64,000 bases of DNA, from positions 896,001 to 960,000 of the forward strand of contig CAVQMO010000010.1 in NCBI GenBank assembly GCA_963713605.1, written 5' to 3'. Source of the stretch: an uncultured Nitrososphaerales archaeon. Lineage in GTDB: Archaea; Thermoproteota; Nitrososphaeria; Nitrososphaerales; Nitrososphaeraceae. A program made the translations under genes and the position numbers. Each line of letters starts with the position of its first letter. Positions within the stretch are counted from its first letter, which is position 1. The notes beneath the pieces were generated by a model that worked only from the letters and a program-made list of their open reading frames with translations, was not told where the DNA came from and did not search any database. Positions 12,613-23,486 of the stretch are shown here, piece after piece.

Positions 12613-13716
12613 ATGGAAAATACGGCGTCCGAGAGAGAAAAAGGAGTATCATCATCATTTTCTGAGACTGGATTCCAAGACTATCTGACTGACACTTTGA
12701 ATAAGGGTACGCTTGCTATAATGCTGTCGATAGGTCATAGAACTAAATTGTTCGACATTATTTCGTCTCTTGGTAATCCGTCTACGAGCGAGGAAATCGC
12801 ATTACAGGCGAAACTAAATGAAAGATATGTTAGAGAGTGGTTAGGTGCAATGGTTGTAAGTAGAGTTATCGAGTATGATCCTGCACATAAAACATATTCG
12901 CTTGATAAAGAAAAGAGGGATTCCTTAACCAGGGCATCGGATTCATATAACTTTGCAGCTTCTATGCAATGGATTCCCATACTTGCTCAAGTAGAAGATG
13001 ATATTGTAAACTGCTTTGAAAAAGGAGGTGGCGTACAGTATGGTTCCTTTAAACGTTTTCATGAGGTGATGGCTGAAGAAAGCGCTCAAACTGTAGTGGC
13101 TGGTTTATTCAATTTCATCATCCCACTCGTACCAGGTTTAGAAGAAAATCTTAAAAGAGGTATTTCTGTTTTAGATATCGGATGCGGTAGCGGTCATGCT
13201 ATCAACACCATGGCGGCCAGATTTCCCAAAAGTAAGTTTGTAGGATACGATATTTCTGAAGAAGCCATTAATAAGGCCAGATCTGACGGACGACAGCTAG
13301 GCAACAAGAACGTATCCTTTGAAGTAAATGATGTTTCAAATCCTCAAGCCATGAAGACAAATTTTGATCTAGTCGTAGCGTTTGACGCTATCCATGACCA
13401 GAGAGATCCTGCGAGTGTACTGAAAAATATTGCCAAAGTCATCAATCTGAATGGCGGAATATTCCTAATGCAAGATATTCTAGGATCAAGCTTCCTTGAG
13501 AAAAATATCAATCACCCGTTAGGACCATTTCTATATACTTTTTCTTGCATGCACTGTATGACTGTATCTTTAGCTCAAAATGGGGCTGGTCTTGGAGCAA
13601 TGTGGGGAAAGGAGAAAGCTATTGAGGTGCTAAAAAACTCTGGCTTTACCAATGTCGAAGTCAAGACACTTGCACATGATTTTCAAAACTATTATTACAT
13701 TGCAAAGATAACCTAA
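12613..13716 (+). CDS. Class I SAM-dependent methyltransferase with N-terminal wHTH (Rv2258c-like)
   Basis: LNERYVREWLG, VLDIGCGSG, FDAIHD, HCMTVSLAQNGAGLGAMWG. Confidence 0.92.
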   Translation: MENTASEREKGVSSSFSETGFQDYLTDTLNKGTLAIMLSIGHRTKLFDIISSLGNPSTSEEIALQAKLNERYVREWLGAMVVSRVIEYDPAHKTYSLDKEKRDSLTRASDSYNFAASMQWIPILAQVEDDIVNCFEKGGGVQYGSFKRFHEVMAEESAQTVVAGLFNFIIPLVPGLEENLKRGISVLDIGCGSGHAINTMAARFPKSKFVGYDISEEAINKARSDGRQLGNKNVSFEVNDVSNPQAMKTNFDLVVAFDAIHDQRDPASVLKNIAKVINLNGGIFLMQDILGSSFLEKNINHPLGPFLYTFSCMHCMTVSLAQNGAGLGAMWGKEKAIEVLKNSGFTNVEVKTLAHDFQNYYYIAKIT

Positions 13717-14112
13717 AAGAGTATATCTTTGAATTTGCGACTCTTATTGCTTACTATTTTACATATATGATCATATCGTTCTGATAACTTTGGAACCGGT
13801 TTCTCACCTCTAACCTTATGTTACCTCTGAGAACTAGAACCACAGTCAGCTGTACACCCGGCCAATTGCTAACGCAGGGTCTAACTGGAAGCCTTGCAAT
13901 AGGGTTTACTATCGGATTTATGAGAGGATGATGTGAAGTTGGAGGAAGAATACAATATCCAATAAATTAAGGAAAATATTAGCCAAGGAAAATGGTATCA
14001 AAATACCTGAATGTCAACATATCTTTAACAATGTGATTGGTTATAGTTTACTTCTAACAAGTACAGCTAACAATATATTCAAATATATTAGGTTATGACA
14101 GTGGAAAAGTAG

Positions 14113-14760
14113 ATGAAAAATCAAAACAGCCTAATAGATTCGTCATCATCGTCAACGCCATTACCATTATTTATCGTTTCTGTCCTTGTATTCCTTTTTG
14201 GTATTATAGGAGTGCAATATCTATGCATAGCGAAGACATTCAAATGCTAATATCTCTCCCATTTGCAAATCTAGCTAATGCTCAGCAACAGCAACTCCAA
14301 CAGCCTCCGGAATCGCCCTTACCCTCTACTCCTGCCTCAGGTCCATCTTCTCTCCCTCCTGATAATCTACAGGCAGCAACAACCAGCACCATCATCTTCT
14401 GTAAAGATGTTACCACTAGTAGTACAAACTCTAGTTTCGAAAATAAATACTACATCAAATGATGCAACAACAACTGCTATTAAATCAGTAGGGGATAACA
14501 ATAGTAATTCTCTGGCCATTGGAACTTTTATGGAAGCAGAAATAGATGGTGGTCTTGTATACAAAGTGTTCATTTTAGATCCGGATAGCCCTGAAAATCT
14601 GAACATAGTGACAGTGGATCCCAGTAATGGCAGAGTACTAACAATAGCACAGTTACCTGCTCCCGGAATATTATCTGGTATGGTAATACCACCTGAAGGA
14701 GGTCTTGGAGTCAGCGGCGGTGGAAATATCATTGGATCTGCTCCTCCCCCTGGTGGTTGA
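14113..14760 (+). pseudogene. Secreted protein with PepSY-like domain, frameshifted
   Basis: Signal-like N-terminus, Q/P-rich linker, GGLVYKVFIL...VTVDPSNGRVL. Confidence 0.55.
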
Positions 14761-14907
14761 GAATTGCTGTCAATAAGTGATAGAAGTGCCACGGCCAATA
14801 AAGGAGAAATCTCCAGCGTTCAAAGTCGAAGACTTGCCATACGAGTGGATAGTAAATGTATTATGCAAGTGAAATCGATGGAGGAGAAATTAGCCAACAT
14901 TGAATCT

Positions 14908-15165
14908 CTATATATCAACTTGGTCCTGTCTTTTTTCGAGAATAATTATCTTATCAAGTAGATAAGAAGTATAAGTTTCGGATTGGTTCTTATAGAGATT
15001 GACAGCCTCCTTTAGATATTTAATATGTGCAAAGAACTGCTCTTCGCGTATGCCATCCAGAGTACTACCTGAAAGTCCATTGGCATAAGTTTCAAATGAC
15101 GTTAATATCACTTCTAGGTCTTTTCTAGCGCTCTCTTTGTTCCTTGCTAAATCTTCCAGACTCAA
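14908..15165 (-). CDS. Hypothetical helical protein
   Basis: 85-aa ORF. Confidence 0.4.
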   Translation of the reverse strand: MSLEDLARNKESARKDLEVILTSFETYANGLSGSTLDGIREEQFFAHIKYLKEAVNLYKNQSETYTSYLLDKIIILEKRQDQVDI

Positions 15166-15749
15166 ATCTAGTCAAGTTTGACTAGCTGACAACTTGCTCA
15201 TTTAAAGTATTCGTGACAAATACCAGAACTGCAAAGATAATCTAAAACTATCGAACAAGCCGTCGTGACTCGTAGTCTGCTGACGGCGTGATGCGGGTCT
15301 ACAGGTCTTGAGCTCTTTTCAGTTGTCATTATTTTCTTCAGATGATTGGTCTTCCCCTGGTTGTGGTTCCTCGATTGCATCCGGCTCTCCTCCCCCCCTT
15401 CGTGTGTGTTTCAATACACAAACTTACAATATAACTCCTAAAGGAAGTAAATTCTTGGAACTGTATGCAGAACTAGGCAAGGTGGGATAATGCTGTCTGC
15501 CACCTACATAATTGCAACATGTAGTCGTATATTATAAGGCAATACTATAAGTAACTGATCTATAATACACTCGATTTTAGTTATTGGATATCGTATACAT
15601 ACGTAAACAATGATTTTTGATGAAGTAATCAAGAAAAGGAAGATGATAAGAGATACCAGCAAACTAGGCAAGTACCAACAGGAATAATAAATAAACTACT
15701 TAAAAATGCATGACTATCGCCAGTCCCCACTTCCGTTACGCCAATTGTC

Positions 15750-16405
15750 TTGAAAAAGCCCGAAATTGGGTCATTTCCGAGTCCTTGCGCTACCACAAAA
15801 TGACTCCGAAAGCAAGGTCACTACTGTGACTCCGGATACGGTAAAGGTTAGTACTGCGAACAAGGCCACTGCGACTTTTTGGGAAATATTTGTCCTCATT
15901 GCAGACATTACTCCACTTTTCAATTTTCCCTTTCTCAATTGCAGCCTCAATATCTTTGACATGAAAGACGTTATCAATTAACCCAAAATATTTTAAATTG
16001 TACTCTCTTAATGAACCCCCCATAAGTGTAATCAAATAATAGCCTTTTGTAGAGGCAGGTAGATTCAGACTCCAGCCACGCCATATATCGCAGCATAAAC
16101 TCTGTCACGCCTAATCCAGTGGCTTTCTTAATCCATACGTGTTTGTTTGACTGTAGTGTGTCAAATAGCAATTGTTCATAGTCAAATAAGGGATAGGATT
16201 GCCCATTCTCTTCTGGGAGTCCGATGGCATGATTAAATGTGTTACTGGATGTGAGAACTTTAGCCGGTATCACAGCAAGTTGGGGCGGCTTAGTAGACCA
16301 GTCGTAGAAAGGTAATCCCTTCAGTCTATCAAACTGTTGGACGTCGGCAATTTCTAATTGGGATTCGTACTTATCCAGTATTTTCGACAGGTTCTGCAGA
16401 GTCAT
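15750..16405 (-). pseudogene. Terminase large subunit-like gene, internally deleted and frameshifted
   Basis: YPLFDYEQLLFD (adenine-binding region), WIKKATGLGVTE (Walker A variant), then CLYKRLLFDYTYG and REYNLKYFGLIDNVFHVKDIEAAIEKG in the next frame; Walker B region absent. Confidence 0.65.
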
Positions 16406-16737
16406 CTATCACTACTTTGTCAGTGTGGGGCATTAAGCCTCTTTGTTGATGAGATTCACTGCCGTCGCAACTGTTCGTCGTATCCAGCCACGACGATCTA
16501 TTCGTCCTATTTTGTGATCGGAGAAATTTCTTAGTTGATATTTAATGGGAGTTGATCATACAGTCTGTACGCTATATCGAATCTTTTCAATAATCCATTA
16601 TTTGAAAAGATGTACATTATAGATGTCAACTTACAAAGCAGACAGCTTACAGTTTTCCAACGAATTGAACTTGGTCTGAAAAAGAAACCAATACTTCAAG
16701 AGCTGGTTAGCTCAATGAATCATTAGGTGGTAAGGGT

Positions 16738-17331
16738 GTGCAGACTCCCATACTTTTAGTCAATACTGTAAGACCGTTCGTAGAACAACAACAATACTTT
16801 TTTGATATGTTATGGAAGAAGGCAATCCCTGCCAGACGGAGAATTAAAGAGATTGAAGAGAATCTGAAAAGGGAATTTATCGAGACAATCCAAGACACGG
16901 AAGAAACTACGACCCTTATTTCAAAAGTGTTGTCCTCTGCGACTGATGAAATACAAATGATATATTCGCGCGCGAGTACATTAAGACAGTATGAAAGACT
17001 TAAAATATTCAATATTTTGAGAAAAAAGGCAGAGAATGGTATTGTCACTCGAATACTGATTGGTACAGACAATCCAATTAACAAGAGAGAAGTAGAATGG
17101 TTAAATGAATATCCTCAAATAGAATTACGTTACCTAATCAAATCGATAAAAACTAGACTGACAACAATTGTAACTGATAGAGAGTTGTTACTCGTAATTG
17201 AAGAAAAAGAAGATGAAGATATTGATGATTTAGGACTGACCACTTATTCGAATAGTGAATCAACAGTTCTATCTTGTGCCTCTATCTTTGAGAACCTATG
17301 GGCACAATCCACTACTCAGAGCCCACAATAA
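16738..17331 (+). CDS. Sensory domain of the type found at the N-terminus of thaumarchaeal histidine kinases (TrmB/PLD-like); no kinase domain, probably partial
   Basis: FVEQQQYFFDMLWKKAIPA, TYSNSESTVLSCASIFENLW. Confidence 0.7.
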   Translation: MQTPILLVNTVRPFVEQQQYFFDMLWKKAIPARRRIKEIEENLKREFIETIQDTEETTTLISKVLSSATDEIQMIYSRASTLRQYERLKIFNILRKKAENGIVTRILIGTDNPINKREVEWLNEYPQIELRYLIKSIKTRLTTIVTDRELLLVIEEKEDEDIDDLGLTTYSNSESTVLSCASIFENLWAQSTTQSPQ

Positions 17332-17395
17332 TGGGTTGACTTATCGAATGAAAAATAGTTGACCTATCGTCATCATAATAGGGACAATCAGAGAT

Positions 17396-17409
17396 ATTTG
17401 CGCGCAAAT
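17396..17409. repeat. Perfect palindrome ATTTGCGCGCAAAT; related copies at 17628, 18370, 18849, 49739
   Basis: Read directly. Confidence 0.8.
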
Positions 17410-17671
17410 TTCAATTATCATCGTTATCGTATACAAGTATGTCAATTGAAAAGGTAGGCGATCAGGGGTAGATAGGATGTCGAAAGGGTCGCCCACCCTT
17501 ATGGTCTCTGTTTTCACTAAAGGCGATCTCTATATAGAACTAAACCTAATGGCCATTTCGTAATTAGATCATTTAGTAGTATCATATACATTCCTACAAT
17601 GATTTCTAGAAGGAAGAGTTTTTCCGTTTTTGCGCACACGGTGTCAGTGATAGTTGACTGGATAAACTCAC

Positions 17672-18313
17672 ATGCATGCCAGACAACCTTTATTTTTGTC
17701 CTCATTGGAGATAGTCCAGTTGACGCCAGAATACTGGAATAGGCACATAGAGAGATGGATGGATGTATTTTCAGATTACGAACCAGATCTAATGGCACTA
17801 AAAATAGTGAGGGAGTTTGATAACTTGACAAAGAAATTCTACAGTATTTTTGATGATGATGATCTGAATGAATGGGGCAAGTCCTCAGAGATTTACGTGG
17901 GTATCAGAAGTGAGGTCGTTAGAGAAGAGGTGGGCGTTGTTCTAGACAGTTCTTATCCTGTTGCCAGACCGAACAAAAATGCAAAGGTAAGGAAATTCAA
18001 AAGAAAGATTGAAACTCTACCAGTTTCTGGTAAGGCCGTTAAGTCCCGAATCGAAAAAGTAGAACAGGACTCTTCCGAGGATGTAATTGTATCTGATAAG
18101 AACATCAAAATAGCGTTCCAACTTCCTATTAACAATAAGAAAGAAAACGTCAAGGTTGTTGCCAATCAAGATTACTCGATTACAATTTCCCATCTAAATA
18201 ATGAAGGGAAACGATGCACCCATACACTAGACATTCCTTATAATATTGACTCCGAGACCGCCAAGGCGACTTATAAAAATGGGATATTAGAGGTTAAATT
18301 CGATAGACGATAA
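17672..18313 (+). CDS. Hsp20/alpha-crystallin family protein (start may be downstream)
   Basis: C-terminal AKATYKNGILEVKF. Confidence 0.8.
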   Translation: MHARQPLFLSSLEIVQLTPEYWNRHIERWMDVFSDYEPDLMALKIVREFDNLTKKFYSIFDDDDLNEWGKSSEIYVGIRSEVVREEVGVVLDSSYPVARPNKNAKVRKFKRKIETLPVSGKAVKSRIEKVEQDSSEDVIVSDKNIKIAFQLPINNKKENVKVVANQDYSITISHLNNEGKRCTHTLDIPYNIDSETAKATYKNGILEVKFDRR

Positions 18314-18390
18314 ATAATTTGATACCAGTTAACATGATGAAGTATCCCATCTAATTAATCTCTCATGTTTTTGCGCGCAAATCTAATATT

Positions 18391-18720
18391 CTATGCATCA
18401 GTCGCAGATTCGCAAACATCTCTAGTATTTCCTTCGACGGACATGCATCCATCTATGAATCCCTGATAGTATCTATTGTCACCATTAAGAGGTCCGCAAT
18501 TATCCTGAAATGCATCTTCACTAAAACTTCCGTTTCGTCCGTCATCATATCCTACGCTATAACAACCACCTTCGCTACTTACATTGTTGTCAGAGTTGTC
18601 GTTATTCTGTTCTGTTGCAGACGCCATCGTTATTGGAACTGTAAGTGAGGTTAATACAAGAAGTATAACGGTCATAATTTGGGTTGTCCTACTTCCGAGT
18701 TTACGATTCCAATTGTCCAT
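18391..18720 (-). CDS. Secreted small Cys-containing protein
   Basis: Signal peptide; CYSVGYDDG...YYQGFIDGCMSVEGNTRDVCESATD. Confidence 0.7.
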   Translation of the reverse strand: MDNWNRKLGSRTTQIMTVILLVLTSLTVPITMASATEQNNDNSDNNVSSEGGCYSVGYDDGRNGSFSEDAFQDNCGPLNGDNRYYQGFIDGCMSVEGNTRDVCESATDA

Positions 18721-18921
18721 TAATTGATATTTTAGTTTAGGTACAAGATTAACATTCTCTATCAAGACTATAGAACAATTTAAAATCAGAAACTGACGAC
18801 TCTATTAACAGATTAACCTACATTGAGTCCAAATCTTACCTTAGGGATTTTTGCGCACAAAATACTCAAGAAAACCTTCGAAACTCTTATTCAAGAGTGT
18901 CCATAGTACCTACCAAAGAAT

Positions 18922-19308
18922 TTGCAGTATTACATAGGATGTTCCGGATGGTCCTATTCATCTTGGCAAGGACCATTCTATCCTAGGGGTATTGAAAATT
19001 CTAAATGATTAAAATATTACTCGAAGGTCTTCAACTTCGTTGAAATTGACTCCTCATTTTACAGAATTCCCAATGAATTTATGGTAAAGAATTGGTACAA
19101 TAGGACTCCAGAGAACTTTCGATTTACTGCAAAATTCCCTAAAGTTATAACCCATGACAAGAGATTGTTGGATTTTGATGAAGATCAATTAAGTTATTTC
19201 TTTTCCTCTATATCCGAATTAAAGGAGAAATTACTTGCATTATTGATTCAGTTACCGCCGAGTATACAGATTGTAGGCCAGTACAATCCCAGAAAATCCA
19301 CTGGATAA
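18922..19308 (+). pseudogene. DUF72 family protein, TGA at 19006 and truncated
   Basis: YIGCSGWSY...VEIDSSFYRIP...FRFTAKFPKVITH...LIQLPPS. Confidence 0.85.
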
Positions 19309-19460
19309 AGGTGTTGCTGCAAGAATTATCACTATGGCGACAGAGTCGTAAATTGGATTATTTTCATATTTGTAGACAGTTGGTGACTTGATGGGAATAA
19401 GGAATCTGGTACAGACATCTAAATGAGTGTAAATAATCATAACCAAAGATTATCAATCAC

Positions 19461-19476
19461 TTAGGTACTTGTACCA
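19461..19476 (+). promoter_or_regulatory. 16-bp motif TTAGGTACTTGTACCA upstream of a TATA box
   Basis: Matches four copies at 20965-21162; TTTATA begins at +8. Confidence 0.7.
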
Positions 19477-19574
19477 TAATGCATTTATATTGCAAATATA
19501 CCGGAGAAATCATGATCTTGCATTTCGTAGGATATTATTATTTTTGTAGTTTTCTTGTTGAGGACTGCTAGATT

Positions 19575-20117
19575 GTGGATGAGCTTGGAGATATTGCTGA
19601 GAGGATATCACAATTTATTCAGCAGAATCCTGGCTGCCACCTACGTAAAATTAAGGTGATGACGCACATATCTTTGGGAACAACTCAATATCATCTGGAC
19701 AGATTGGAGAAAATGGGAAGGATATCATCTACCAGACTTGGATTTTATAAACATTATTTCCCCATTGGAATATTTCACGAGAATGAAAAAGAGATCCTAA
19801 AAGTTCTAGGTCAAGAAACTACTCGAGAGATTCTGATGTCGATCATAGAACGGCAAGCTCCTACCCAGACAGACATAGCTAGTAGCGTAGGAATATCAGC
19901 CGCATCAGTTAATTGGCATATAAAACATTTAATTAAATTCAGGCTGATCGAGGAAGTTAAAGAGGGCAAATACAAGAGATATCAATTACATGATAGAGAA
20001 ATCTCATCTAGGTACATTATCGTATTAATGCGAAATTACTATCCAAACATCTGGGACAAGTGGAGTAATCGACTGGCTGAAATCTTTCTTTCCTTGTCCA
20101 GAGGAGATACTCAATAG
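19575..20117 (+). CDS. Double winged-HTH transcriptional regulator
   Basis: IQQNPGCHLRKI...GTTQYHLDRLE; second HTH TQTDIASSVGISAASVNWHIKHL. Confidence 0.88.
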   Translation: MDELGDIAERISQFIQQNPGCHLRKIKVMTHISLGTTQYHLDRLEKMGRISSTRLGFYKHYFPIGIFHENEKEILKVLGQETTREILMSIIERQAPTQTDIASSVGISAASVNWHIKHLIKFRLIEEVKEGKYKRYQLHDREISSRYIIVLMRNYYPNIWDKWSNRLAEIFLSLSRGDTQ

Positions 20118-20119
20118 AA

Positions 20120-20456
20120 ATGATAATCGGACCAGAGATAACGTTACTGATAATGATTTCAGCACTATTGCTTCAAGTCTTTGAAGATGTAGAAACTGTA
20201 ATCATCGCAGTCACAGGAATTTTTTCTTTGTTACTACTAGCACTATCTATTTCAGCGTATAGAAAAACAGGTCTCAGGAAGATATTGTACAGCGGCTGCA
20301 GCATTCGCCCTCTTTGGCATTCAATTGTTATTTGAATCATTTGAAGATACATTCGACGTATGGGATACTGGCTTTGGTTCCGTGATAACAGCTTCAATGA
20401 CTTTGGCTATTCTGATTTTGTTCTTTCTAGCAATAGTACAAAAAATAGATAGATAA
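20120..20456 (+). pseudogene. Small 3-4 TM membrane protein coupled to the regulator, frameshift near 20290
   Basis: ALSISAYRKTGLRKILY continues in another frame as AAAAFALFGIQL...ILILFFLAIV. Confidence 0.7.
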
Positions 20457-20656
20457 GAGAATAAAATCTTAAACAAGCTAGTAACTATACACGACCTCAC
20501 ATATCATATTAACGAATTGATACCTGTGGATTAAGAAATATTTTGATATATTCTGAATTACACTCTGAGCCCCTTCATGATCTATAGACGCTCAATGAGC
20601 TAAAAAAAGGAGATATTGAATCTTTTTCTTACAATATCTATTATGTGCACAGTGTT

Positions 20657-20926
20657 TTAGTCTTCCTTTTCATTTGTGTCTACATCTCCTGGTTCATCTT
20701 CATCCTCGCCTTGTCCTTCTTCTTCACCTTCATTGGCATCATCATTTTCGCCAGTACTAGATGCTAATCCTGTCATATTTGTCATATTAGTGGTCTGACC
20801 TGCTGCGGTGTCCGCTGTCTGTGTAGCATTTTGTGCATATGCCTTCATGGAGATCCCAATAGACATTATTGCCACCGATGCTAGCATCAGGATCACCATT
20901 GCTCTGAACGGGTATTTTATTTGCAT
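20657..20926 (-). CDS. Secreted protein with acidic tail
   Basis: Signal peptide ending AYA; D/E-rich C-terminus. Confidence 0.75.
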   Translation of the reverse strand: MQIKYPFRAMVILMLASVAIMSIGISMKAYAQNATQTADTAAGQTTNMTNMTGLASSTGENDDANEGEEEGQGEDEDEPGDVDTNEKED

Positions 20927-20964
20927 TAAAATAACCTAATGTTTATGGATGTTAATAAGAAAAT

Positions 20965-21162
20965 TGATACAAGTATCTAATTATTTCACAAACTTTGCTA
21001 ATGATATTCATCATTCAATTAGATGCTTGTACCACAAAGTTTTTATATATGCAATAAATGTAATTACGAATCTTGTTGATATAATAGGTTTATGATACAA
21101 TTATCTAAACGTTCGCAAATATAATATCATAACTTTTCGTATTCATTTAGCTGCTTGTACCA
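20965..21162. promoter_or_regulatory. Divergent promoter with four copies of TTAGnTRmTTGTAYCA
   Basis: 20965..20980(-), 21019..21034(+), 21093..21108(-), 21147..21162(+). Confidence 0.75.
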
Positions 21163-21199
21163 GATTACTTATTAATTGTAGTACCGCATACTTGATTCA

Positions 21200-21943
21200 A
21201 TGAAAACAAAATCACTTTGCGGATCTAATGTAATCTACATGATAGCATCCGCCGCATTAGTATCAGCAATCATACCATTTATTAGTTCCACTACTCCGAC
21301 GGTAATAAATGCACAGAATGAATCGTGGACAAGCTCATTTAACATGGGAGATTGTAAGTTCTCCACTACAGGCACTAATCCATACTTTATTCTACAACCC
21401 GGTTATCATCTTGTATTTGCTGGTGTAGAAGATAGCGAGCCCCTTAATGTGACTGGAACAGTAAGTAATGAGACCAAAGTAGTTGGAGATGGGATAGTCA
21501 CAAGAGTTGTTGAAGAAAGAACTGTTAACAGCGAAACGAATGACCTAATAGAAATCACCAAAGGTTATTTTGCCATAAGCGATAAGTCAAATAGTGTATT
21601 CTACTTTGGGGAAGATGTTAATAATTATGAAGACGGTAAACTCGTTGATCATGAAGGGTCATGGCTGCATGGTTTTGATAACACAAAGGCTGGTCTAATA
21701 ATGCCTGGAACTATCTTACTTGGTTCGAGATACTTTCAAGAAATAGCTCCAGATGTGGCATTGGATAAAGCCGAGCTAGTGAGTATGAATCAAACGGTGA
21801 GTGTTCCTGCTGGCAACTTTCGTGGTGTAATACAAATGAATGAAACAAGCGATCTCGAACCAGGGATAGGGGAGGTAAATCTACATGCTCCTGGAATTAA
21901 GCAAGTTATAGATAACGATTTGGAACTGGTCAGCTACGGATAA
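21200..21943 (+). CDS. Secreted conserved hypothetical beta-rich protein
   Basis: Signal peptide; NPYFILQPG, VFYFGEDV...HEGSW...AGLIMPG. Confidence 0.8.
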   Translation: MKTKSLCGSNVIYMIASAALVSAIIPFISSTTPTVINAQNESWTSSFNMGDCKFSTTGTNPYFILQPGYHLVFAGVEDSEPLNVTGTVSNETKVVGDGIVTRVVEERTVNSETNDLIEITKGYFAISDKSNSVFYFGEDVNNYEDGKLVDHEGSWLHGFDNTKAGLIMPGTILLGSRYFQEIAPDVALDKAELVSMNQTVSVPAGNFRGVIQMNETSDLEPGIGEVNLHAPGIKQVIDNDLELVSYG

Positions 21944-22080
21944 AATAAGTAAATATCGTACATAATATGCAAAGGCCCGAGCGACTTTATCCTCTCATTT
22001 TTTCCTCCTCTCAGTATCATTGATGTTCAACTTCATTTCATACAAAATATTACTAACTATGGATGGTTCAGAAATTGAGA

Positions 22081-22507
22081 TCCAAAGTATTAGAACTAAC
22101 GGGTAAAGGAGAAACTAATCAATCTTAAATGGCAAGAATACTGCAGGTAGACCGATCCACCATATACAGAGATGTAGATTGGGACCAATAGAGATCGATT
22201 AAGGCAGGAAGCGAAGGAGAACATCAAGAAGTACAATGATGAAAAACTTCCAGAAGAGTACGAGAAAACATTTCGCGGCCTTAACAGCTTCTTACGAGAA
22301 GCATGGACTATGTCGCATGCAAGCGAGACCGGAATTATGGAGAAATTAAAGGCGCTAAGTCTTGCAAAGGGTTGCTATTCAATGAAATTTGATCTACTGA
22401 CTAATGCAACAGTTGTAGACGATGCGATGAGGTTTGTTCAGTCTAATCGAATCTTCACTACCTCAGGAGGCCATCATATGAAATCATTGGATCGATCAAC
22501 GAAGTGA
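22081..22507 (+). pseudogene. HTH + helical protein relic (terminase small subunit-like)
   Basis: SKVLEL...RILQVDRSTIYRD (HTH), LRQEAKENIKKY...LPEEYEK...CYSMKFDLLTNATVVDDAMRFV; paralog at 61290. Confidence 0.55.
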
Positions 22508-22860
22508 ACAGAATGAAACGTGAGCAAATAGATAGGTCATCATAGCATGGTTGTTACTCGATAGGAACAGCGGGTTTACAATAATCCTAAATGTTGAAGA
22601 TAGAGAGTTCGTGGATCTCTGCCAACCGGGATGATAACCTGTTCAGAATCATTGACATGAATTGAATTTATCATCTTTATTGAATTAAGCTTAATGCGTC
22701 AAGTACAGAATAAGGGATAGAAGTTAACGGCACTAATTTAGAGTTGGCATAGCGGGGGTAATAAACAGTCAAAAGAGCAGATAAGTAGCCAGAAGCGCCC
22801 TACATTGTTGTGGGATTAAAATATTAATTCATTCATTCTTATTGTAAGCTTAGCTTGTAA

Positions 22861-23211
22861 CTATTCTAACTCTGCTCTAATACGCCTTAACAGCTGTTCT
22901 CCAGTGATTGGCTTCTTGATAAAACAGCCTATACTTTTAAGTGGATGCACTTCTCTTGCTGCATCCATATTTATTTCTCCAGCGGTTATAAAACAAACCC
23001 GGACATTGAGGTCCCTCCGTACTAAATTCTGGGCTAATTGAAAACCGTCCATTAAAGGCATGTTAATGTCAATCAGTAATAAATCGTAAAAATTTGGTGT
23101 AAATTCTATTAATGCAGTTACTGGATTATCATAACCAAAAACCTGCATAGTTGGATCGCTTTCTAGTCCAACACGTAAGGTAAACAAAATATCTGGGCTA
23201 TCGTCAACCAA
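22861..23211 (-). CDS. Stand-alone response regulator receiver (5' end disturbed)
   Basis: VDD, LLLIDINMPLMDG, FITA, FIKKP. Confidence 0.85.
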   Translation of the reverse strand: MVDDSPDILFTLRVGLESDPTMQVFGYDNPVTALIEFTPNFYDLLLIDINMPLMDGFQLAQNLVRRDLNVRVCFITAGEINMDAAREVHPLKSIGCFIKKPITGEQLLRRIRAELE

Positions 23212-23486
23212 GACGGAGAATTCTCTTGTGCAGTGGGGGCTCAGAAGATACTAGTGAAGAAGATAATTTTGTATGGTCTGGCTTTAACTTTCCAATATGG
23301 GCAGTTTCCTTCTCTGGCTCTGGATTGTCGTTGAGAGCTTTGTTCACATTCCTTTCAAATCAAAGGGTTGTAATCATCTAAAAGTATACGGTGTGAGGAT
23401 AGCTCTGCTGAACTAATTACCATTTCGACATTTGAAATGTCTCACTGGTTTTGATAACATCATACGCGCCAGAAAGTGGCATCACC

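Noticed and set aside
15750..16405. Intact provirus
   Set aside because: The terminase-like gene is deleted and no portal, capsid, tail or integrase gene is recognisable nearby
18739..18754. Sixth copy of the TTGTACC motif
   Set aside because: Lacks the TTAG half and the fixed TATA spacing
451..19008. In-frame TGA codons in the TRAM and DUF72 genes as genetic-code reassignment or selenocysteine
   Set aside because: TGA terminates intact genes here (e.g. OsmC, 49387), TGG is used for Trp, and DUF72 is truncated anyway
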